Part shown: piece after piece, positions 54,694 to 64,000 of the stretch | Layout of the letters: every line of letters starts with the position of its first letter | How positions within the stretch are numbered: the first letter of the stretch is position 1 | Source: Glaucostegus cemiculus | Lineage: Eukaryota | NCBI GenBank assembly: GCA_976551045.1 | Contig: CDPCPM010000239.1 | Coordinates: forward strand, 1,674,001-1,738,000 | DNA: 64,000 bases | Direction: 5' to 3' | Program-made: the position numbers and the translations under genes | Notes under the pieces: generated by a model | Database searches by the model: none | What the model was told of the DNA's origin: nothing | The model's input: only the letters and a program-made list of their open reading frames with translations

Positions 54694-54923
54694 GTTTTCC
54701 AATCTCACAGGTCCAGCAGCCCGGTGAATCTCAGGATCTCCAGCCCCAAGGCATTCTCTACCTCCAAAAGAAGAAGAGACACTCCCGTCAGGACCCTTAT
54801 GCTTATTTTTCTGCCATGAAGGAAGAATTTCACAAGTACAGACACCAGCCTGAGGATGAAGTGGCCATTCTGGGGAAGGTGGATCATGAAGAACACCATG
54901 GGCAGACAACCCTGCTTAAGTAA
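54694..54923 (+). CDS. IGSF9B: IGSF9B last coding exon (SFPISQVQQ...KKKRHSRQDPY...DHEEHHGQTTLLK*)
   Basis: Phase-1 acceptor matches the upstream exon. Similar to recalled mammalian LRKKKRHSRPDPF...DHDDPGHATLL. Stop TAA at 54921-54923, followed by TAG. Confidence 0.88.
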
Positions 54924-56147
54924 TAGTTATTAGTTTAACAAAATATTTGACAAGATTTGTGAATCAATGTACAAAATGTGTTTCTCTGCTCAGAGAAGTT
55001 AAGTACAGACCCTGTGGTAGAAGTTAGCCTTATGGAAACAGCAGTATTATAGTGCTATTTTCTTAGCTACCTATGCCACTGTTCAAAGTATCAGCACCAT
55101 ATTCATATATATCCCTTGAAAGGTCTAATTAAAGGGTGGCAATATTTTGATTTGCCAACCTTCTTAGTTTAAGTGCTTGAAAAAATTGCTGTGAAGAAAC
55201 ATGTAGTTTGTAATAATTTTATGCCAAGAATATGAAAACACATCTAAATGGGGAACATTTATCTGCCCATCAATATCATATCCCCTCCAAGATGACTTCA
55301 TAGTATCAATGTAACAGGTCAGTCATTGATGGCATATATCCTGTGAAATGGTATGTGTGTTTCTCCAGATCTTGCTGCTTTACGATGTCACAGTTTCTGA
55401 TAGATGCATATGCTCCATCTCAATCTGCCACTTAAGATGGCATTATTCAGATGCTGAACTTATTGTTTATGTGCAGCACATCCAAACAGTGAAGTAATAC
55501 TTCACCAAGGGAAAATGTATGATGGAAATTTAGTGCTGAATGGCACAAGCCTGTTGTCGTTTGTAAAATATGTCTGGCCCTTCTCTTATTTCTATTGAAA
55601 GGCCCTAGTATTCATTTTATTAATGTCAATTAATGAAAATACATTTTAAAAATGCCATAGAACATAAAAAATGTTAAAGGCTGCATCAGGTGGCTCTTTT
55701 TTATTTTTTAGGTTTTATGGTTTTCTCTTTAGCTCAACATCACAATTTTCATAATTGTATATTCAGTGAGTGAGACAAACTGGATTTAAAAGGTATGCAA
55801 CAATTATGAGAAATTTGCCCAAACAGTGCTGTAGAAAATTCTATTAAATGCAGGTAAGCAGGTGAAGGAAATAATTTATTCACCTTGTGCAAAATTATTT
55901 TAAAACTGTTGCAACACTGACAGGACTGATAATAATTGTCTTTAAATCTTCCCATATGTTTTCGATTTGAAAACCTACAATTAGTCATGAATTAACCCAT
56001 TATGTTTTTTATCACTGAAATCATATCCCTAACATCATACTTGAGAGTTTGTCAGGTGCTTGTTGCCCACGTCAAATAATCATCAGTGGATTAATTCATT
56101 CCTTCACCTCCTCCTGTACTTGCAAAGCCCTGTAACAATTTTCACAC

Positions 56148-56165
56148 AATAAAAATGGCAATAAA
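56148..56165 (+). promoter_or_regulatory. Tandem AATAAA, candidate proximal poly(A) signal
   Basis: aataaa at 56148-56153 and 56160-56165, 1.2 kb after the stop. AATAAA is frequent in AT-rich DNA, so this is weak. Confidence 0.3.
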
Positions 56166-58117
56166 GCAGGTTTCTATCCATCAAGTTGAATGCTGTCACT
56201 GGGACAGAAAATCCCTTCATTAATCCTGTGACCTATACAGCTACATATGGAGATCAATGTCGGTATTCTTTGGTATGATGTCCAATTATAAAGAACTGGT
56301 AACAAATCTGATTACTTACATTCAATTTTTATTAAATCAGCTAACACCCTGTTGTTATCAGTGCCTGTTTGTATGAGAACCATAATCTAATTGCGTGTTT
56401 GGATTACTTGGCTTTCAAGAGGATCAAATGGATTTTATATCAAGGAAATTGATTGAAAATTCCAAAATCAAAATTGTCAGGGTGAACCTCTGAATATTGC
56501 AGATTCAAAACCAATTAAATAGCACAGTTTTGATAATCAATTGGATATTGCAAAAGTAAGCTTAGCCTAGTATTCAGACATGAATTAGTAAGCTGTAGAT
56601 GGAATATTCCTATTGTCACAATAAGTCTGGCATTTAATAAACTAGCAATCAAAAAGTAAATTTTCAGATTTAGCTCTTTATGTAAATTTCTTTGAGGAAA
56701 AGTGTAGAGAGGAGGGGTTATTGATATGAAATAATATTGCAGTAGCTGGAATTTATTTCTTCCACTCTTTCTATCAGATTCTATTAATGTGCAAGACTTG
56801 TTAATGGATATTGACCTATCGCTTGGATAGATCCCCCCCCCACCCCCCACCACTGCAACCTGTCCCTCTTTGTAATTTTTTTTTCAGGTTGCAGCATTTC
56901 TTTGTGTGGACAAGCTGTGCATTAAACCAATACCATGCAAAATAACTAGGGTGAAATCCCAAAACAATGCTCGGTAATTGACAGAAAAAATAAATTTCCC
57001 ACCTGCAATTTAATGTTATATCAGAACCTTTACATTGGCCAATAAAAATGATATATTGGTGTTGAATATAATAATGCTCTGTTAACAATTGAGTCCAAAT
57101 ATTGCAAAAACCCACTTATAATGAAAAAATTGCCCTAATAATTCTTAATGAAGAATTGGTATCCTTTCATATTGCCACAAATGGAAAGCTTATGTGTTTA
57201 TTGAAGTGGCCCATTTTGTAAAAGGTCTGTCAGAACTCGATGTCTCAGGTGGGATATCCATTAAACAGCCTGCAATGATTTATATGGAATATGACTTCCA
57301 TCTTTCCATTGGTTCACACTGCCATTGCACTAAAAACAGTTTAATCTGAGATTTCTTTAACATCTGTGTGTGTATGGTATGAATGAAATATTCGTTAATG
57401 AATGCTGGCTTGTGAGAGTATCCCACTCATGACATTCTGTAATATTTTTTAAGAAATCATTGAATAATTTTAAATGAGAGACAAGAACTTTCTCTCAAAC
57501 TTTTAGATGTAATCAGTACATCACCAGTGTGAAAGTTAAGGGCAAATATACTTGAATAATGACATCCTCCTCTGTATTTAAATTCTTTTTGGCTTGGTGT
57601 GAAAACATTTTTAAGAGAAAAAATGTTAATTCAGAAAAAGTACTGAAGTTATAAATGTGAGAGATATATTTATAGTACTATGTAATTAATGTGACATCTG
57701 CCTCAAAAATATTGGATAGTAACATTATCTCTTTGTAGCAGAAATCTTTATGTACAGAGACATTTTTACAGATGCTTTATTAATGATGCATGCAGCTTGA
57801 AAGTCAAATATACTTTGAAGAAATGTAGAGGAAAATGAAAGTGAAATTAGTCAGGAAAATGTATAAAGAAACTAAACTGTAGGATACTAAAGTAGTTGTT
57901 TAGCAGAGCAACTGAGCTGCATGGTAGAGCTTTGGGATGTATTTGTGGATGTGAGACATAGAGAATGAAGTTCGGGGATATCTTTACGAAGTGGCTGGCA
58001 TTTCTCATTCAACATGCCAATGGCATGTTTGCATAAATGGAGGAGTTCTGAAAAGAAAAGTATTTATTCTGTACACATACTGAGTAAAATAGTTATGATA
58101 AGCACTGATCATACCTG

Positions 58118-58225
58118 GGTCAGATCACCTCTCAACCTTCTAAACTCAGCTTTATGCATCCTATTCTCATAAAGTCATCTTTAAAGCCTTGGTATCATTC
58201 TGTATTATACCATTTCAAAGTCAAC
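58118..58225 (-). mobile_element. Decayed CR1 fragment
   Basis: cagatcacctctcaaccttctaaactc is the reverse complement of EFRRLRGDL. Confidence 0.6.
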
Positions 58226-58734
58226 ATGTCAGTCTAATCAAAGTCATTAACAAGGTTAAGGGATTCAGTAAAGAAGTGACAGGGAAATTATTTCCTTGCA
58301 TGGGATATTAAAATTATAGATTGTTTTTGACTGAAATAAGAAAGCACTTTCTCTTATAAAGAACAATGGAAATACAGACTCCCAAAGAGGCAGTGGATGA
58401 GTCAATTGGAATTTTCTTTTACCCAGCTTTGTTCTTTTCTTACTAACAAAAGTTTTTTGCCAGTAAGGAAAGAACAAACCTGGGTAAAATGATGTGAGGC
58501 AGATGATCCAAGATCTAGTTGAAAAGTTAGTGGACTAGAGGAGCTAGATAGCTTATTCCTGTTTCCCTATTATTGTCAGATTCTGCTGATACTTTGAAAA
58601 ATTTTTCTTCAGTTACACAAGACGTTGTGTGGTATCCAGACAAAATAGGTTTTATCTCATCAAATTCATGCAATGACTTGACAGGCTACAGACAACAAAG
58701 TAGGATGGGCTACATTACATGCTAATAGTAAATT

Positions 58735-59116
58735 GATAAATTGGTTTATTATTGTCACATGTAACAAGGTACAGTGAAAAATGCTTTGCATTGCCATCCA
58801 TACAGATCATTTCATCATATCAGAAATCGAGGTAGTACGAGGGAAAAGCAATAACAGAAGGCAAAATAAAGTGTTACAGTTACAAAGAAAGTGTAATGCA
58901 GGCAAACAATGAAGTGCAAGGCCACGATGAGGTAGATTATGAGGTCAAGAGTCCATCTTATTGTACAAGGAGACCATTCAATAGTCTTATAACAGTGGGA
59001 TAGAAGCCGTCCTTGAACCTGGTGGTACGTGCTTTCAGGCTTTTGTATCTTCTGTGTGATGGGGAGGGGGAGAAGAGAGAATATCCAGGGTGGGAGGGGT
59101 CTTTGATTATGTTGGT
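58735..59116 (-). mobile_element. Rex1/Babar-like LINE 3' end
   Basis: The minus strand reads NIIKDPSHPGYSLFSPSPSHRRYKSLKARTTRFKDGFYPTVIRLLNG, a typical C-terminus of this RT clade, followed by the tail shared with 34558. Confidence 0.8.
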
Positions 59117-60167
59117 TATGTTGGCTATTAGGTTGATAATGTATAACCTTCCTGTTACACAATAACATTCCCAGAATGAAATGAGGCATTGATGATAATA
59201 CCTGAGAAAAATGAAAGGTAGCAGTGGATAATGAGAAATTCAAATAGTGTTGGTGTGATTTCTGTGCATTAACTGATCCCACCGTTGCTTTTACAGGAAG
59301 GATTGTTCCAAAAACAAAACAAACATTAGATTCAGCTCTTCTAATCACTGCTTCAGTCAATTCTGCCTCCAGCCAAATGACTCCTAATTTCTAGCATCTC
59401 TTCTACTGTCCACTTTAATGGGCTTATTTTGGTAATTTATTTCAAAACTCCAATATTCCCACGGTTAATAGTTCCACTAGACTTCCTTCCTTTCTCCTCT
59501 GGGCCAAGTGTATAGAGGTGGCCGTTACTCATGTGCATAGTTAGCATTAGCAACAAGGGCCAAATTCTCCATCTAAATTCTAAACTCAGGAGTATAATTT
59601 AGATTTAAATTACCCGGAAGAGGCAAGATAAACTGGAGCAAAAGCTGGGATTAATGGAAAGTGAAATAAAATACAAATAACCCTGGTTTTCTTTTTCTTA
59701 TATCTCCAAAACTAACTGTACTCTGAAGGAATAAAACTCCACATGTAACATTAAAATTTCAGGGCAGTAATTATCATTAAAAATTCATTTATACCTGAAC
59801 ACATCACCCCTAACATTGTCCGGCATATGTGGCTGGTAATTATTATAAAATACCAGCAAGTCATGATTTCCTCACTAAGCCTGCCATTGAAGTATTGGTA
59901 CACAACTTGGACCATAGTTTCCAGATTTCCAATTCGCTGTGCATGTGACAATTCTACATGTTGCTGTCTTATTTACTCGAGAGTAAAACTGAGTGTTGTT
60001 AGAGTCAAGATTATTCTCAATGCAAAATTGTCCTTTTCCTTTTGTTATTGATCCTTTTGAGTACCTTCACCAGCATTTTATTTCCAATGAGATAGCACTC
60101 TCCAGGTCCCTTATGCTGCCTTTCACCTTGAGGGCTATATCTGTGTCAAGACTAATGACTTATTTCT

Positions 60168-60700
60168 ATTTATTCATTCTTTTGGAACTGAACATCAGTG
60201 GCAAGAGCAGTATTATTGCCCATCCCCAACTCCCCCCCCCCCCCCGAGGAAGTGACAGTGAGCTAGCTTTTAAAATCATTATAGTCCTTTGGTTACTGCC
60301 AAATGACCTTTCCAGCCTTCAAAATTTAATTTTACATGTGGTCTTTCATTCCTTCAGAATGCAATTAGCATTGGAGAGTTAATAAAACAAAGCAAAGCAT
60401 TACTTTTAATTTTTCTGTCTCATTTATTTCACTTTCTCCCAGAGAGCTGTTGAGGAGGGAGTTCCAGAATTCAGACTAGGTGAGTGTGAAGGATCAGCAA
60501 TATATCTCCAAGACAGGACATTGTGTGATTTAAAAGGGAGCGTGGAAGTGGAGACATTCCTTCTGAATAGGTTTTTTACTGTTCCAGAAGCCTGAATGAC
60601 CCCTTAACAATTCCTCTGTTTGCCGAGTTGAGGTCAATGATAAATAAATGCTGGCTTACACAACAATGCCCAAATTCTGTCAATGAATTTTTAAAAATGA
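60168..60700. mobile_element. Old LINE 3' end (minus, about 60168-60560) next to a plus-strand copy of the same tail (about 60595-60700)
   Basis: tattattgcccatcccc (minus-strand tail) and aataaatgctggc...aatgccc...aatgaatt (plus-strand tail). Confidence 0.55.
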
Positions 60701-63700
60701 ATTCATGATAGCATATGTTCTGGCCCTTTTATAGATCTTTTCAAATTTGTAAAACATGCTTGTTTAATGCATTCTTCCTACTCAGAAAATCTTTAAAAAT
60801 AATTAATATCGTCACCATCTTCAACCTCAGTTTACACTGTCACTGCATCATCCGTTAAGATGTGTTTCATCAGAACCTCTGGCTTATTACTTTTTTTACC
60901 ACACCACTGTATTGTTACCCAGTGCACTGGGCTGCATGATTGCACCATACACTCTCAAAAACTCCTTGCCTGATACAAGGTTAAGGTACATCCAGACTAG
61001 AAATCCAGGGGAGTGCTTCTAGCATTCAGTAGAATATTATCTGACCTAAGACCTTTGATTTTATCGGATTTTATTTTCTCTCCTTACCATTCTCCTTAAT
61101 TTTGTACATTCAGTTCATGCAATTTCATGCCATTTTGCCAGGGGGAATATTAGAAAAGAAAAATTATAATTTCTGATTTAAAAAAATTCATAACATTTTA
61201 AAAGCATTTGATCCCCATGATTTTATTAGTGGGTCATTATGAGGATGACAAAAAAATCATGTTTTTCTTTGAAGGAGAAATGTCAGTGTGATTTCATGGT
61301 AGACTTTCAACACCAACTGAGAGTAGAATTTCCATTGTGGATTGGATGTTCTTTAGGATATTACCCTTGTTTCTATTAAATTAAAATTAGAACTCAGTTA
61401 AAGTTTCTTTTTGCTTACCACTTAGATCTAATCATCTTCATACAGGATATCATGGCATTTTGGGGACACTTTGCCCTTTATTAGATTCTTCAACTACAAG
61501 ATTAATTACATGGGATATAATTATATCATTATCAAGTTACTATACAGAAAGAAAAGCAAATGAATTGTGTTTGTTAGGATATTTCAGAACTCCTTTTGTT
61601 TTAACATGAATTGTTTAAGGATGTTGAATAATCAGTACTCTTTGCTTTCCATTATTAAAAGAAAGTTATCTAAGATTGTAAAACTAAAGCAAAGCTTGTG
61701 TTGAACATTCTCACTGGATATGTTTCCCTTTGTTCAGTAAACCTACGTCTTCCACCTCACCTCTTATATCAGTTGAGACCTTTGCCAAAATGTTGTAAAT
61801 ATGCACATGACTTTCCTCGTAGAGCAATCACCAGCAGAATGTAGGGAATGTTGCCATGACAACGTCATGCTGAAACTAATGAGATGTTGCTTCTGGAAGT
61901 CAGCACTAGTAGTATTTCATGTGCATTGTTCCCACGCTCTGTTACCTATTATAAATTTGAAAAGGCAATAGTAAACTAAAGATTAGTAAAGGGTGAGGGG
62001 GGGCTATGGCTGCTTCTGTCTGGTCAACTTTGTCATGCACTAAATGAGTGTTTGATAGAAGATTGGGGTGGGTTAAGTCGATTTGTTGCCTCATTTTGGG
62101 AATCAGCTATCTGAAAGTGATGCAGGCAATTAAGTGAATAATTTAAAAGGGAGAAATACCTTATAAAATCTGTGAAAAGGTTGAGTTGAAATTACATGGG
62201 ATATAATGACGTTCGTAAACCATGAGATTATTTATGCTCATAGTTCTGTTTCTTCAATATAGTAAAGAGAAGCTGTTCAGGATGATAATGCTTGTTCCCA
62301 TTCCTAATTGAGAATGAATAAAGGAGAGTGTTGTATATTTGGGATGTTGGTGATAGACACAGAATTGTAGTTGCCAGAAACCACGTTTACAACTGTCGGA
62401 CTAAGTCTGTGGAGGATGCACCATTTTGCCACCATTATGCTGCACAGTAACTCATGAACATTGACTTTGAATGCTGGAAAGGAAAATGTTACTTGTTTGC
62501 CACCTTAAAGCAGAAATGTAATTCTTTTAACCTATTGGTTTCTGATAGAATCATATTTATTTTCAAGCAGTCATCATATCAATTTATCATCTTATTCTCT
62601 TGAAAATTGTTATTTATGCCATCCTATTGACCACTGTCTACTTATATGGGGATAATTGCACATTGAGACCAGAAGCTTGGAATTCTAAACAAGGTGGTCA
62701 TGAGGTTATTTCAAAGCAAATTTGGCTTCTTTTTTTCAGAGCTAGAAGTGAAATAGCTAATTGAGGAAGAATACTCAGGGAGAATGTAGAAGACATTAAT
62801 ATTCCAATAAATAAGTGTCTATGAGCTGGAAATGTGAATCGACCAGCTTAATTCATACAATGATCTTCCAACAGTGTTTTCTTCCCAAGTTTTTTTCTAG
62901 CTAACATCTGCATACCCCGACTTTGGTCAGTTTATAACACAGTTTTAGCCCTCAGAGAGGGTTTTTCTTTTGTTTCACCAGTTATTTTGGTCGGTTGAGT
63001 AGTCTGTTAGCTTCTCTTCCTTTCCTTTGACCTTCGGGATTTCATTATAAGTCATGATAAATGAAAGAACCCCCCCCACACACACAAAAATAAACAATAT
63101 CCTCAGTCTAAATTCTAGTGGATACCATCACAGCTAATTTTGTATTTTTATTCCCATGCGGTAGAAACTTCTAAGATAATTTCAACAGTAATTTCCTGCA
63201 AATACAGTATGGCTGAGGTACAGAATATCCTCCTTACCCACTGGACTGATGGAATGAGAATGATAACTTTCATTCTTTGGTTCCTTACTCAATGATGCAC
63301 AGTTGTTCATCCTTCCATGCAACATTTGTCAAAATGAAATATTTAGGGAATTGTTGCATTGCAGTAGAAAACAAACAAGAGCTCGTTACATCAGAAATGA
63401 CCATTGGCAAAATGCTCAAAATGTACATAACACTGTACAGAGCCGCCCTGATCCATGTGAGAAACCTTGTATCTAATTAACCAATCAGGCCAAAAATAAC
63501 AAGAAGCATCAGCTAGAATATTGAATTCAGTGTCAAATCATGTACCAAGAGCAAATTAAAGAATTGATTAAGAAAGATAAAGAAGATAGTTTCAAAAAAC
63601 TGTATACATTTTTAATCTCTGACAATAAATAAAATCCAATAAAATGAGACTGCACATCAGCATACCCCAATGTATCTAAAAGGTACTTGCACTGAAATGG

Positions 63701-64000
63701 ACATGTCCTAATATGCTTTGCTGAGTTTAGTATGTATGTATCAGGTACATATTTCCAACTCTTGGCAAGTACCAGTGTATTGAGGTTTCTGCATGAGTAG
63801 ACTAATTCACACAGCACCTTCCTAATTTCTGCATCTAGTTATGCTAGAGGATTACCAGACGCCCCTCTCTGACTCCACGTAAGTAAGCATGAGCACAAAC
63901 AAAATAGTTTCATTTTTACTCCTTCCACAAAGGTTAACCCCAAGTTTTCCTTTGATTTTGCTGCATCTCCAATTTATAATCTTTGTCAATATTGTTGTAA

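Noticed and set aside
54703-54711. Alternative acceptor tctcacag|
   Set aside because: Phase 0, incompatible with the phase-1 upstream exon. The branch point and homology favour 54694.
58815-59360. 181-aa minus-strand ORF
   Set aside because: It overlaps a LINE 3' end whose real coding frame is a different one, so it is a chance open frame.
1-64000. CRISPR arrays, operons, tRNA or rRNA genes
   Set aside because: None seen. The DNA is vertebrate, and the tRNA-like boxes belong to SINE heads.

Overview
AT-rich, CpG-depleted vertebrate genomic DNA. The repeat content (HE1/V-SINE-like SINEs, many CR1 LINE ends, Penelope-type palindromes) points to a cartilaginous fish (shark or ray). The window holds the 3' part of IGSF9B (protein turtle homolog B) on the + strand. 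Seven canonical GT-AG coding exons with consistent phases (3060-3286, 4500-4584, 5007-5168, 13139-13184, 13948-15624, 44658-44779, 54694-54923) encode about 849 aa: the second FN3 domain, the transmembrane helix and the long Ser/Pro-rich cytoplasmic tail. The rest is intron or putative 3' UTR filled with decayed, often nested retroelements (CR1, L2, RTE, Rex1/Babar-like, SINEs), plus a 212-bp N gap. I see no prokaryote-type system. The most interesting signals are: (1) a candidate unannotated 46-nt in-frame, stop-containing cassette exon at 28779-28824 with neural-splicing-type motifs, which would give IGSF9B three possible C-termini; (2) an extra Lys after the expected C-terminal PDZ-binding motif (TTLLK*); (3) palindromic Penelope-like elements carrying decayed hammerhead-ribozyme cores; (4) a CR1 copy with direct and inverted duplications. 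Orthology and repeat-family calls rest on recalled sequences, not on searches, and repeat boundaries are approximate.
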